Below the pieces are notes generated by a model, which was not told the origin of the DNA, ran no database searches, and saw only the letters and a program-made list of their open reading frames with translations. A stretch of DNA of 64,000 bases from Chloroflexota bacterium (GTDB lineage: Bacteria > Chloroflexota > UBA11872 > UBA12225), in contig DAOTTI010000022.1 of assembly GCA_034437795.1 (NCBI GenBank), positions 366 through 64,365 on the forward strand, read 5' to 3'. Made by a program: the position numbers and the translations under genes. This document shows, in pieces, positions 49,063-58,415 of this stretch (positions are counted from its first letter, which is position 1; each line of letters starts with the position of its first letter).

Positions 49063-50067
49063 CTATGGCCAGAGGGGGAGGCCCAGCAGGCCGGCGGTCT
49101 CCGGCTGGCCGGTCATGAGGTTCGCGTTCTGGATGGCCTGGCCGGCCGCGCCTTTCCCTAGATTGTCTGTGGCGCCGACGGCGATGACGGTGGCGGTCTC
49201 CTCGTTGACGGCGTAGCTGAGGAAGGCCAGATTGGAGCCGCAGGCCCACTTGCTGTGCACGCTCCGGCCTCCCTCGGCGTCCACGATGCGGATAAAAGGC
49301 TCGCTGCGGTAGAACTCGCGAGCCACCGCCAGCACCTGGGCCGTGGTGAGGCTGGCGCGCGCGCGGCCGTAGCAGGTGGCCAGGATCCCGCGCGTCATCG
49401 GCACGAGGTGGGGCGTGAAGGTCAGCGAGGCGCGCCGCCCACCGCCGGCCAGGCGGGAGAGCGCCTCCCGCATCTCCGACACGTGGGGATGGGCCAGCAG
49501 GCCGTAGGCAAAGACATCCTCGTTCGTCTCGGCGTAACCATAGGCGCTGGCGCCGCCGCGGCCGGCCCCGCTCACGCCGCTCTTGGCGTCGATGATGATC
49601 CCTTCCGGCTCGATGAGGCCGTTGGCGACGAGCGGCGCCAGCGCCAGCAGGGCAGTGGCCGGATAGCAGCCCGGATTGGCGACGCGGTCGGCGCCGCGGA
49701 TCTGCTCGCGCGCCCCGGGTAGCTCGGTCAGGCCATAAACCCACCCGGCGACGAAGCGGTGATCGCCGCCCACGTCCAGGATCTTCACGTGCCGCGGGAC
49801 GCGGGCCAAAGGCTCGCGCGACTTCCCCGTCGGCAAGGAGGCGAAGAGGAGATCGACGCCCTCCACCTCCTCAGGGATGAAGGGCTGCACGACCAGGTCG
49901 CCTGCGGGGTGGCCGACGAGGGCGGGAACCAGGTCACGTAGCGGCTGCCCCGCGGTCGTCTCGCCGCTCACGTAGGCAACCTGAAAGGCGGGATGCCCCA
50001 GGCACAGGCGCAGCAACTCGCGCCCGCCGTACCCATTGACGCCGCTGATGCCCACCCGAACCGTCAC
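49063..50067 (-). CDS. argC: N-acetyl-gamma-glutamyl-phosphate reductase
   Basis: VGISGVNGYGGRELLRL and NPGCYPATALLALAPL (active-site Cys). Confidence 0.9.
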   Translation of the reverse strand: MTVRVGISGVNGYGGRELLRLCLGHPAFQVAYVSGETTAGQPLRDLVPALVGHPAGDLVVQPFIPEEVEGVDLLFASLPTGKSREPLARVPRHVKILDVGGDHRFVAGWVYGLTELPGAREQIRGADRVANPGCYPATALLALAPLVANGLIEPEGIIIDAKSGVSGAGRGGASAYGYAETNEDVFAYGLLAHPHVSEMREALSRLAGGGRRASLTFTPHLVPMTRGILATCYGRARASLTTAQVLAVAREFYRSEPFIRIVDAEGGRSVHSKWACGSNLAFLSYAVNEETATVIAVGATDNLGKGAAGQAIQNANLMTGQPETAGLLGLPLWP

Positions 50068-50090
50068 TGTGGTCCTCCTGCGCTGGACGG

Positions 50091-50096
50091 AGTATA
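50091..50096 (-). promoter_or_regulatory. -10-like TATACT (minus strand) for argC
   Basis: Minus strand reads CGGTATACTCC, 23 nt before ATG 50067, with an AGGAGGACC RBS between. Confidence 0.3.
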
Positions 50097-50122
50097 CCGG
50101 CGCTCAGATGGCGATCCGGCGC

Positions 50123-50128
50123 TATACT
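50123..50128 (+). promoter_or_regulatory. -10-like TATACT for the 50175 dehydrogenase gene
   Basis: GCTATACTGC lies 46 nt before the ATG. It mirrors the argC hexamer across a CCGGCGCT direct repeat. Confidence 0.3.
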
Positions 50129-50174
50129 GCGGGGTGCCGGCGAAGATACAAGGTAGAAGGTAGGGGGAGATCCG

Positions 50175-51206
50175 ATGAAGGCGCTGATGAAGGTGGCCCC
50201 CGGGCCAGGAAATCTGGAGCTACGTGACGTCCCTGAGCCGGTGCCCGGCCCCGGCGAGGTGGTGGTGCGGGTCGCCGCCACTGGCATCTGCGGCTCGGAC
50301 CTGCACATCCAGGACGACGAGTATAAGGTGGCGCCGCCGGTGGTGATCGGCCATGAGACGGCGGGGACGGTGGCGGCCGTCGGGGCGGGCGTCACGGCCT
50401 GGAAGCCCGGGGACAGCGTGACCTCCCAGACCACGATCAGCACCTGCGGCCGGTGCGAGCTGTGCCGCTCAGGGCGGACCAACCTCTGCCCCGAGCGGCG
50501 CTTTCTCGGGGGCCACGTCCACGGCGGCTTTGCCGAGTACTTCGTCGTCCCTGAACGCAACCTGCTGCGGGTGCCGGAGCACGTCTCGCTGGAGGCGGCC
50601 GCCCTCACGGAGCCGCTCGCCTGCTGCGTGCACGGCGTGCTGGAGGTGGCGGAGCCGGCGCCGGACTCAATCGTGGTCGTCTCGGGGCCAGGGCCGATCG
50701 GCCTGCTGTGCGCGCAGCTAGCCCGCACGGCCGGCGCCAGCGTGATCATTCTGGGCACGTCGGCCGATACGACGCGGTTCGCGCTGGCGCGGCGGCTCGG
50801 GTTTGAGCACCTGGTGGACGTGCAACAGACCGACCCCGTGGTGGCGGTGGAGGCCATCACCGGTGGCAAGGGCGCGGACCTGTGCATCGAAGCCGCCGGC
50901 GCCGCCACCTCGCTCGATCAGTGCTTGCGCCTGGCGCCCCGCGGGGGGAGGGTGCTCCAGATTGGCCTGTACGGCAGGCCGGTGCCGGTGGCCGTGGACA
51001 CGCTGGTGCTCAAGGAACTGCGGCTCCTGGGCAGTTTCTCCAGCACGCCGACGTCCTGGCCCCTGGCCCTGGACCTGCTGGCCGCGGGGAAGGTGCAGAC
51101 GGAGCCGCTGATCACGAGCAGGCGTCCCCTGGACGAGTGGGAGGCGGCCTTCCGGGCGGCCCGCCAGAAGGCGGAAGGCAAGATCCTGCTCATCCCCGCT
51201 GGGTGA
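50175..51206 (+). CDS. Zinc-dependent medium-chain alcohol/polyol dehydrogenase (threonine/sorbitol dehydrogenase-like)
   Basis: GICGSDLH, GHETAG, structural-Zn CGRCELCRSGRTNLC, and GPGPIGLL Rossmann motif. Confidence 0.85.
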   Translation: MKALMKVAPGPGNLELRDVPEPVPGPGEVVVRVAATGICGSDLHIQDDEYKVAPPVVIGHETAGTVAAVGAGVTAWKPGDSVTSQTTISTCGRCELCRSGRTNLCPERRFLGGHVHGGFAEYFVVPERNLLRVPEHVSLEAAALTEPLACCVHGVLEVAEPAPDSIVVVSGPGPIGLLCAQLARTAGASVIILGTSADTTRFALARRLGFEHLVDVQQTDPVVAVEAITGGKGADLCIEAAGAATSLDQCLRLAPRGGRVLQIGLYGRPVPVAVDTLVLKELRLLGSFSSTPTSWPLALDLLAAGKVQTEPLITSRRPLDEWEAAFRAARQKAEGKILLIPAG

Positions 51207-51298
51207 CGACACTGTGGCGCCGCGGCCGGCACGCACGGTGCCACACCCTCCATTCAAGAGAACTCGCGAAGGAACGCGCCCTGCTAGCCTGGATGATC

Positions 51299-51370
51299 CA
51301 TGGCCAGCGAGAAGTCCCCTCTGCCTCTGGAAGAGCGGGGGCCCGCCCAGCGGGCGGCGGTGAGGGCTCC
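51299..51370 (-). repeat. REP-like repeat, family A, double-hairpin variant
   Basis: CATGGCCAGCGAGAAGTCCCCTCTGCCTCTGGAAGAGCGGGGGCCCGCCCAGCGGGCGGCGGTGAGGGCTCC. Confidence 0.75.
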
Positions 51371-51416
51371 GCTCGTGAAGGATCCAAGCTAGGGCCAAGG
51401 GAGCCGATCTCCATAA

Positions 51417-51473
51417 GGGGCGCCCTCACCCTGGCTCTCTCCCAAACGGAGAGGAAACGGATCGCTGGCAATG
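51417..51473 (+). repeat. REP-like hairpin repeat, family A
   Basis: GGGGCGCCCTCACCCTGGCTCTCTCCCAAACGGAGAGGAAACGGATCGCTGGCAATG, inverted relative to 51299-51370. Confidence 0.85.
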
Positions 51474-51484
51474 CAGGAGCCGAG

Positions 51485-52618
51485 CTACCCCACCTGTTCG
51501 AAGTAGCGGGCTACCTCGTCGCGGTCGAAGAGGGGCCACGGCCGGCGCTGGCCGCGAGCGTCGATCAACGTCAGACCCGCTTCAGGGGCGGCGAGCGCGC
51601 CGATCCGCCGCGCGGGGATGCCCGCGCCGGCCAGCGCCGCCAGGGCGGTGCCAGCGGCGGATGGGGCAACGGCGGCCAGGAGGGCGCCGGATGCCAGCAG
51701 GCCCAGCGGGTCCAGGCCGAGGGCATCGCAGATGGCCCGCGTCTCAGGGAGCACGGGAATGGCGGCCCATTGGACGACGGCGCCGGCGTGCGACGCTTCG
51801 GCTAGCTCCCAGACGCCGGCCGCCAGGCCGCCTTCCGTCGGGTCGTGCAGGCTGTGAAGCGCGTCGGGGGCGAGGGCGTTCCGCAGCACGCGGGCGGCCG
51901 GCACGACGCTGATCCCCGGCTGGAAGAGGAAGCCGCGCGCCCGCTCGATCACGTCGTGTGGCACGCCCCGCTCCCGTAGGGCGGGGGCTGCCTCGCGGGC
52001 GAGGACGGCCGTTCCCTCAATGGCGATGCCTTGGGTCAGCAGGAGGGCGTCGCCGGGCTGCCCACCCCCGGTGCGGACGATCCGCTCGCGCTCCACCTCC
52101 CCCAGCATGCAGCCGACGACGATCGGCTGCTGCAGGCCGCCCGTAACTTCGGTGTGGCCGCCGACCAGGGTCACGCCGAGGCCGTCGCAGGCGTCGATGA
52201 GCTGGTCGAAGAGGCGTGAGACGTCCGCCTCGTCCCAGCTAGACGGCAGCAGGGCCGAGGCCAGGAACCAGCGGGGCGTCGCGCCGGTGCAGGCGACGTC
52301 GTTGGCGTTGACGTGGACGGCGTACCAGCCGATGAGGTCCGTGGCGAAGGTGATCGGATCGGTCTTGGCGACGAGCACGCGGTCGCCGGCCGGCCCGCTC
52401 CCCACGGCAGGCTGGAGGAAGTCGATCGCGGCGGCGTCCTCGCCGATGCCGCTGCCAAGCAGCACCCGCGGGTCACGGCAGGGAATGCGGCTAAGCAGGC
52501 TGCTGAGCAGCGCCGGGGGAAGCTTGCCGGTGCGCACGACGTTAGTTTGGGGCCTGAGGCGTCGGGACGCAAGGCGCGCCAGCGTGGCACGCCCGAGGTG
52601 CGCATCGCACCGCCGCAC
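51485..52618 (-). CDS. AIR synthase-related (PurM/HypE-fold) protein
   Basis: GKLPPALLSSLL...GEDAAAI...AKTDPITF...VNANDVACTGATP...LVGGHTE. It lacks the HypE C-terminal PRIC motif. Start uncertain (a GTG at 52538 is possible). Confidence 0.75.
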   Translation of the reverse strand: MRRCDAHLGRATLARLASRRLRPQTNVVRTGKLPPALLSSLLSRIPCRDPRVLLGSGIGEDAAAIDFLQPAVGSGPAGDRVLVAKTDPITFATDLIGWYAVHVNANDVACTGATPRWFLASALLPSSWDEADVSRLFDQLIDACDGLGVTLVGGHTEVTGGLQQPIVVGCMLGEVERERIVRTGGGQPGDALLLTQGIAIEGTAVLAREAAPALRERGVPHDVIERARGFLFQPGISVVPAARVLRNALAPDALHSLHDPTEGGLAAGVWELAEASHAGAVVQWAAIPVLPETRAICDALGLDPLGLLASGALLAAVAPSAAGTALAALAGAGIPARRIGALAAPEAGLTLIDARGQRRPWPLFDRDEVARYFEQVG

Positions 52619-52709
52619 ATCGCGCAGCGGCGCCGTTCAGCACAGGGGGCGACGGGCCGACGCGCCCAGGGTGCGCGCCGGCCGAGGCGAGGCGGCTCCC
52701 GTCTCTGGT

Positions 52710-54047
52710 TTACTTGAGTGGCTCGACGGTGCCGCGCCCGATGGCGTGGTAGTCAAAACCGGCCAGGCGGGCGGCCGCGGGCTCGTAGATGTTCCGCCCG
52801 TCGATCAGCACGGGGCGCTCGCCACGCATCTGCCGGCGCAGGCGCCCGAGGTCAAGCTGCTTGAACTCGTTCCAGTCGGTCACCACCACGGCGGCGTCGG
52901 CGCCGGCCACGGCGTCGTAGGCGTCGGTGCCGAACGTCACGTCGGGGAGCAGGCGCCGCGCCCCCGGCATGGCCACGGGGTCGTAGGCCCGCACCGCCGC
53001 CCCATCGGCCTGGAGCAGGTGCGCGATCTCCAGGGCGGGCGCCTCCCGCAGGTCATCGGTGTTGGGCTTGAAGGCCAGCCCGAGCAGGGTCACCACCCGC
53101 CCCTCCAGGCTCCCGCCGCGGGTGAGCGACTCACGCAGGCGCTGGATCACCTTCAGGCGCTGGTCCTTGTTGATCTCGATCACCGTGCGCAAGAGCTGGG
53201 GATGGCAGCCGCTGACCGCGGCCATGTGGGCCAGAGCGCGCACGTCCTTGGGGAAGCAGGAGCCGCCCCAGCCCAGGCCGGCGTCCAGGAAGGCGCGGCC
53301 GATGCGAAAGTCCTTGCCCATACCTTCCGCCACCATCCGCACGTCGGCGCCGAGCGCCTCGCAGATGCTGGCCACCTCGTTGATGAAGCTGATCTTGGTG
53401 GCCAGGAAGGCGTTGCTGGCGTACTTGATCATCTCCGCAGTGCGCGGGTCGGTGATCAGGATGGGGCATTTGAGGGGCCGATAGAGGGCCGCTACGGCCT
53501 CGGCGGCTTCACGCGTGGTGGCGCCCAGCACCACGCGGTCGGGCTGCATGAAGTCGGCCACGGCTGAGCCTTCACGCAGGAACTCGGGATTGCTGACGAC
53601 GGCGAACCGGAGCCCGCGACGCTCGGGCGGCAGGTGCCGTTCGACGATGTGATCGACACGGTCGGCGGTGCCGATGGGCACCGTGCTCTTGTTGACGATG
53701 ATCGCCCCGTCCTTCAGATACGGGGCCAGGGCCGCTGCCGCCGCCCGCACCTGGGAGAGGTCCGCCTCCCCCTCCGCTCCGGCGGGGGTATTGACCGCGA
53801 TGAAACAGAAGTCGGCGCCCGGCACGGCCTCGGCGTAGCTGGTGGTGAAGGAGAGGCGGCCGGCGGCCACGTTACGCACGACCAGCTCTTCCAGCCCGGG
53901 CTCATAGATGGGCAGCTCGCCGCGGCGCAGGCGGGCGATCTTCTGCTCGTCGATGTCCAGACAGATCACGCGATTGCCCAGGTCGGCGAAACAGGTCCCA
54001 GTGACCAGCCCGACGTACCCCGTACCAACGACGCATAGCTGCTTCAT
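52710..54047 (-). CDS. ugd: UDP-glucose 6-dehydrogenase
   Basis: [42 protein letters not shown] (catalytic Cys). Confidence 0.9.
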   Translation of the reverse strand: MKQLCVVGTGYVGLVTGTCFADLGNRVICLDIDEQKIARLRRGELPIYEPGLEELVVRNVAAGRLSFTTSYAEAVPGADFCFIAVNTPAGAEGEADLSQVRAAAAALAPYLKDGAIIVNKSTVPIGTADRVDHIVERHLPPERRGLRFAVVSNPEFLREGSAVADFMQPDRVVLGATTREAAEAVAALYRPLKCPILITDPRTAEMIKYASNAFLATKISFINEVASICEALGADVRMVAEGMGKDFRIGRAFLDAGLGWGGSCFPKDVRALAHMAAVSGCHPQLLRTVIEINKDQRLKVIQRLRESLTRGGSLEGRVVTLLGLAFKPNTDDLREAPALEIAHLLQADGAAVRAYDPVAMPGARRLLPDVTFGTDAYDAVAGADAAVVVTDWNEFKQLDLGRLRRQMRGERPVLIDGRNIYEPAAARLAGFDYHAIGRGTVEPLK

Positions 54048-54175
54048 GTCAGTGTCCTTACGATCATCGTGCGCTCAATGGTGCAATCGGCTCGGCGTGC
54101 GGAGAAACGGATCCAGCCGAGGCCGGATCCGCGCATCGCCATGGAGTGTAACGGCGACGGTGCCGGACAGGAGCA

Positions 54176-54281
54176 CCCGCATGCCATCTGTGGGAGGAAA
54201 CGAGCACATGATGGACCAGGCGCAGCAGATGGGCGTGAGGCACACGGCCCCCATGCCATTTGGGGGAGGAAACGGGTACAT
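54176..54281 (+). repeat. Two ~34-bp direct repeats (CCSCATGCCATYTGKGGGAGGAAACGRGYACAT), 72 bp apart
   Basis: 54176-54209 and 54248-54281, read directly, in the ugd/fpg divergent gap. Confidence 0.6.
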
Positions 54282-54292
54282 TGTGAACGGCG

Positions 54293-55243
54293 ATGCCTGA
54301 GCTTCCAGAGGTGGAAGGGATCCGGCGGCGGCTTGGCCCCGTGCTGATGGGGCGTCGCATCGACCACCTGGAGGTGCGGGATCCCAAGCTGTGGCAGCCG
54401 GAGCCCGGCCTCTCCGCCGCCGACGTGGCCGGCAAGCGAATCCGTGCCCTGGACCGGTACGCCAAGCTCTTGATCGTTGGGCTGGACGCCGGTCTGGCCC
54501 TGGCGCTGCACCTGAAGATCGCCGGCCAGGTGGTGTATCAGTCGGCGAGCGGCGAACGGCTGGTCGGCGGGCATCCTTACCCGTCTCCTGGCGTGACCCT
54601 CCCCGAGAGCTCAACGCGCTTCGTCCTGGCGCTCGACGATGGCGCGCACGTCTTTGTGAACGACCAGCGCCGCTTCTCCTGGCTGCGTCTCATGCCGGCG
54701 GAGCGAGTGGCGGCCTTCATCGCCGCCCACCGGTTTGGGCCCGATCCGCTGGACCCCGCCTTCACCGCAGACGTGCTGGCGGAGCGGCTGCGTGCACGGC
54801 GAGGCCGGCCGATCAAGGCCGCGCTGATGGACCAGACCTGCGTCGCTGGTCTCGGCAACATCTATGCCGACGAAGCCCTGCACGCGGCGCGCCTTCACCC
54901 GCTGGTGCGGGCCGGCGACCTCACGCCGGAGCAGGTACGGCGCCTGCACGGCGCCATTCGGGAGGTGCTGGACGTCGCTGTGCCGGTGGGCGGCGCGGTC
55001 GTGAAGATCAATCGAGCGGTGCCGGAGCCGGGGCGCGACTTCCTGCGGGTGCACGGCCGGGCAGGTGAGCCGTGCCCGGACTGCGCGGCCACCGGCAACG
55101 GCGAGACCGCGCCGCGCATCGTGCGGGCGGTGCTAATGGGGCGGGGCACGTACTACTGTCCCGTCTGCCAGCCTGCCCCGCGCGGCGCTGCCGTGGCTGA
55201 CACCGCGAGCCGTAGGGGTTCTGAAGGCGGGGTAGAAGACTAA
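54293..55243 (+). CDS. mutM: Formamidopyrimidine-DNA glycosylase (Fpg/Nei family)
   Basis: MPELPEVE N-terminus (catalytic Pro2), H2TH region, and a C-terminal zinc finger CPDC-x24-CPVC (longer spacer than the x16 I recall for E. coli Fpg). Confidence 0.9.
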   Translation: MPELPEVEGIRRRLGPVLMGRRIDHLEVRDPKLWQPEPGLSAADVAGKRIRALDRYAKLLIVGLDAGLALALHLKIAGQVVYQSASGERLVGGHPYPSPGVTLPESSTRFVLALDDGAHVFVNDQRRFSWLRLMPAERVAAFIAAHRFGPDPLDPAFTADVLAERLRARRGRPIKAALMDQTCVAGLGNIYADEALHAARLHPLVRAGDLTPEQVRRLHGAIREVLDVAVPVGGAVVKINRAVPEPGRDFLRVHGRAGEPCPDCAATGNGETAPRIVRAVLMGRGTYYCPVCQPAPRGAAVADTASRRGSEGGVED

Positions 55244-55263
55244 CCTGAATTTCGTAATAAGTA

Positions 55264-55346
55264 GAGCCCTCACCCTCACCTTCTCCCACAGAGAGACGGG
55301 GCTCACCCTGGCCCTCTCTTTGAGAGAGAAGTGATCGCCGGCCAGC
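55264..55346 (+). repeat. REP-like repeat, family A, tandem 1.5 units
   Basis: GAGCCCTCACCCTCACCTTCTCCCACAGAGAGACGG followed by GGCTCACCCTGGCCCTCTCTTTGAGAGAGAAGTGATCGCCGGCCAG. Confidence 0.8.
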
Positions 55347-55348
55347 GG

Positions 55349-55780
55349 TCATTCAGGCTCGCTGCCGTGCCGGGGCTCGTCCACGCGGTCGACGTCGACC
55401 ACCAGTGCCCCCAGCCCCGCGCCGGCATTGAATAGGGCCCCTGCGATCAGCCCTGCCGCCGCGCCAAACAGGAGGCCGAGCAGGACGAAGGCGGCGGTGG
55501 TAGCGATGAGCGTGGCCGGCTGGTCCCAGGCGCGGAGCAGGGCCAGGAGGGGCCCAAGCTGCAGCAGCTCGACGAAGTTGATGGCCGGCGAGACGGCGCT
55601 GGCAACCGGCAGGGGCAGGCGTACGCTCTGCCAGGACTCGAGCTTGGCTCGAGCGGCGCGCAGGGCCCAGCCAAGCAGGAGACCCGCCGTGGCGCCGGCC
55701 GGGAGCGCCATCAGAGCGCCGAGCGCCGCGGTATACCGCACCAGCGGCCAGAGCGCGATCCGGCGCACGCGATAGGGCAT
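55349..55780 (-). CDS. Small hypothetical membrane protein (~143 aa, 3-4 hydrophobic segments)
   Basis: MPYRVRRIALWPLVRYTAALGALMALPAGATAGLLLGWAL.... The upstream part of track ORF 55349..56032 is antisense to the cupin gene's 3' end, so I rejected it. Confidence 0.45.
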   Translation of the reverse strand: MPYRVRRIALWPLVRYTAALGALMALPAGATAGLLLGWALRAARAKLESWQSVRLPLPVASAVSPAINFVELLQLGPLLALLRAWDQPATLIATTAAFVLLGLLFGAAAGLIAGALFNAGAGLGALVVDVDRVDEPRHGSEPE

Positions 55781-55783
55781 GGC

Positions 55784-55809
55784 TGATGCCGTTTCATGAT
55801 GCCGTTTCA
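55784..55809. repeat. Perfect 13-bp tandem duplication (TGATGCCGTTTCA x2)
   Basis: 55784-55796 is identical to 55797-55809. It lies 3 nt upstream (minus sense) of the 55780 start codon. Confidence 0.9.
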
Positions 55810-55895
55810 GGCGACCGGTTCGGGAATACGAGCCCGCGTACCAGGGAAGGCGCTGCCAGACCACTGGTCTGATGCGCACCAAATCGCGCCGCCGG

Positions 55896-56471
55896 CTAGA
55901 GCGTCTCCGCCAGGACGAAATGGAACGGCAGCTCATCCGGGTGGATGCGCCACTCCTCAGTGTCCTCGCCGCCGGTCCAGTGCCGGTCCGGCAGGTACTG
56001 GAGCACGACCAGCGCGCCAGACTCGTTGGCATAGCCGTGGGCGACGCCGGCGGGGATGTACAGCCCGGTCTCGGGGCTGAGCACGACCTTGGCCCGCAGC
56101 CCGAAGGTGGGCGAGTGCTCCCGACAATCGACCAGGCCGGCGTTGAGCTGGCCGTAGGACACTGTCCACAACTCGTTCTGGCCAGGGTGCACGTGCCAGA
56201 AGCGGCGCGTGCCCGGGGAGATGACCGAGACGTTGATCTGCGCCGGACGCAGCTGGATGCCCCGCTCCAGCAGGGCCGGCAGCTGCGCCACGCCGTCGCT
56301 CAGTCGGGTCACCTCCTTGAAGCTGCCGCCCCAGTCGTCCGGCCGCACGCGCTGTGGCACGATCACCACGCCGTCCGGCAGCGGCGCCGGTTCGTATGTC
56401 TGTCGCAGCAAGGGGTTCCCCGCCGGGCTGCGCAGCCCCCGCGCGGATTGTCCGATGACCTCCAAGCCCAT
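55896..56471 (-). CDS. dTDP-4-dehydrorhamnose 3,5-epimerase-like cupin (RmlC family)
   Basis: DDWGGSFKEV, RRFWHVHPGQNELWTVSYGQLNAGLVDCREHSPTFG, YIPAGVAHGY. I prefer ATG 56471. Confidence 0.7.
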   Translation of the reverse strand: MGLEVIGQSARGLRSPAGNPLLRQTYEPAPLPDGVVIVPQRVRPDDWGGSFKEVTRLSDGVAQLPALLERGIQLRPAQINVSVISPGTRRFWHVHPGQNELWTVSYGQLNAGLVDCREHSPTFGLRAKVVLSPETGLYIPAGVAHGYANESGALVVLQYLPDRHWTGGEDTEEWRIHPDELPFHFVLAETL

Positions 56472-56582
56472 GGGATGTGTGCTCCCTAAACGATCCTGGA
56501 TCGGCGCGCCCCGCGGGCCGGTTGGGTGCCCGCGCGGCGCCGTCTTCAATGCGCGCCTTACTCTTTACGCCTTCTCGCGGCT

Positions 56583-57722
56583 TTACGGCAGTAGGGCGCC
56601 CGGTGCAGCGCGCACCACGCCTTGTTGCGCCATTGCCGCCAGGCCTTCATCCGAATAATCCTTGAACCCCGGCTGCGCCCGCGCCCAGTCAGCGTAGGCC
56701 GCGGCGGCCTCTTCGAGCGTGTGGCGGGGCGCCCAGCCCAGCGCGCGCAGGGCGCTGATGTCCGAGACGATGTGGCGAGTATCGCCCACGCGGAAGCGGC
56801 CGGGCACCTCAGGCTGGACGGGGAGGTTCAGGGCGCGGCCCACCAGGAACGCATACTCCAGTACCGTGAGCGCCTGGCCGCCTCCCACATTGAACGCGCG
56901 GAAGCTGGCGCGGTCGTCCTCCAGCACCAGCAGGTTAGCGCGGGCCACGTCCCAGACGGTGACGTAATCGCGGAGCTGCCGGCCATCTTCGTAGACGATC
57001 GGCTGGCGCCCGTGGAGCAGGCGCTGCACGAAGATGCGCAGGGCGCCGGAGTAGGGGTTGGTAAAGCTCTGGCGTGGCCCCTGGGTGATGCTGTAGCGTA
57101 GCGCCACCGTCGGGATATCGTACCGCGCGCCCAGGTTCAGGCAGATCAGCTCCTGGGCAAGCTTGCTGATCCCGTACTGGTTGTGGGGGCGGGGCGGATC
57201 GTCCTCGCGCGTTGGCTCGGGGCGCATCGTCTCCCCTCCCACAGGGCAGCGCACCTCCCACTCGCGGCGCTCCAGCTGCGCCAGCGGGCGCTGGCCCGGG
57301 AACTGGAGCCCGTGCGCCGCGCAGCGGTAGCGCCCCTCACCGTAGACAGCCTGCGACGTGGCGACGACGATCTTCTTGATCCGCCGCGCCAGCGCGGGCT
57401 CGGCGACGAGCAGCTCGTAGAGCAAGGCCGTGCCGGCGGCGTTGGTGTGGAAGAAGCGGCTGAAGTGGGGCAGGTAGTCCTGGTGGGCGGCGAGATGGAT
57501 CACGGCCTGCACGCCGTCGAGCGCGGTCTTCCACGCCGCCGGATCGTCCACCGACCCCGCGATGCGCTCCACCTGGGGCGGAACATAGTCCGGCCAGCGC
57601 CGGTCCTGGTGGACGGGAGGCTGCAGGTTGTCCAGGATGCGGACGTCGTACCCACGGGCGAGCAGCAGGTCGACGGTGTGCGAGCCGATGAAGCCGGCCC
57701 CGCCGGTGACAAGAACTCTCAT
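56583..57722 (-). CDS. NAD-dependent nucleotide-sugar epimerase/dehydratase (extended SDR)
   Basis: MRVLVTGGAGFIGSH, VIHLAA, and YGISKLAQE (YxxxK). Confidence 0.85.
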   Translation of the reverse strand: MRVLVTGGAGFIGSHTVDLLLARGYDVRILDNLQPPVHQDRRWPDYVPPQVERIAGSVDDPAAWKTALDGVQAVIHLAAHQDYLPHFSRFFHTNAAGTALLYELLVAEPALARRIKKIVVATSQAVYGEGRYRCAAHGLQFPGQRPLAQLERREWEVRCPVGGETMRPEPTREDDPPRPHNQYGISKLAQELICLNLGARYDIPTVALRYSITQGPRQSFTNPYSGALRIFVQRLLHGRQPIVYEDGRQLRDYVTVWDVARANLLVLEDDRASFRAFNVGGGQALTVLEYAFLVGRALNLPVQPEVPGRFRVGDTRHIVSDISALRALGWAPRHTLEEAAAAYADWARAQPGFKDYSDEGLAAMAQQGVVRAAPGALLP

Positions 57723-57902
57723 GTGCCGGCACGCAGTCTACCGTTTCAGCGTCCGGACGGCGCGGGGCGGGCGCCGGCCGGGTGCAACCAGCTGTCCCTG
57801 CTGGGAAAGCCCTCACCCTCGCTCAGGGATCCCGCCAGAGACGGGAGGACCACAGGACGACAAAGGGAGATGGGACTTCTCGCTGGCCGTCAATACTCCA
57901 GG

Positions 57903-58415
57903 TTAGCGGGAAGGACTGGAGGCGCCGGCCGGGCCGCCCGCCGGCGCTGCGGGGCCGATGGCCGGCGGCGCGATCCGGTCCGCCAGCGGGACGGCGCGGC
58001 CGGCGCGGACGCGGACCAGCCCCACCTGCCCCCGCAGGATGAGCCGCTGGCCTTCCCAGACCTCGACCTCAGCCTCGACATGCCGCCGGCCAATGGCGGC
58101 GATGCGCGCGGTGGCGCGCAGCGGGCGCCGGTTGGACGTGGGCGCTTCCATGGAGAAGCGGCAGTAGCGCAGCGTCGTCACCTCCAGGGCATAGCCGCCG
58201 GCCGCTTCGATGGCCGCGTCGATGGCCAGGCCCAGCGGCACCGTGGTCATGGGATGGATGCCACGCCCAAGGGGAAAGGAGGCGCCGCCGAATGGACGCA
58301 TGAGCAGCTGCAGGAGCTCGGGGCCTTCGTCCAGCGTCGCCTCGTCCCCCAGACTAATGGCGTCTGGCCGCCGGCGGCGCAAGGCCACCGTTCGCGGCGC
58401 GCGCACGTCACTCAT
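57903..58415 (-). CDS. Putative hotdog-fold (PaaI/4HBT-like) thioesterase
   Basis: The pattern ...ATARIAAIGRRHVEAEVEVWEGQRLILRGQVGLV resembles the central-helix/long-strand layout of PaaI-type proteins. ATG 58415 chosen. Weak assignment. Confidence 0.45.
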   Translation of the reverse strand: MSDVRAPRTVALRRRRPDAISLGDEATLDEGPELLQLLMRPFGGASFPLGRGIHPMTTVPLGLAIDAAIEAAGGYALEVTTLRYCRFSMEAPTSNRRPLRATARIAAIGRRHVEAEVEVWEGQRLILRGQVGLVRVRAGRAVPLADRIAPPAIGPAAPAGGPAGASSPSR

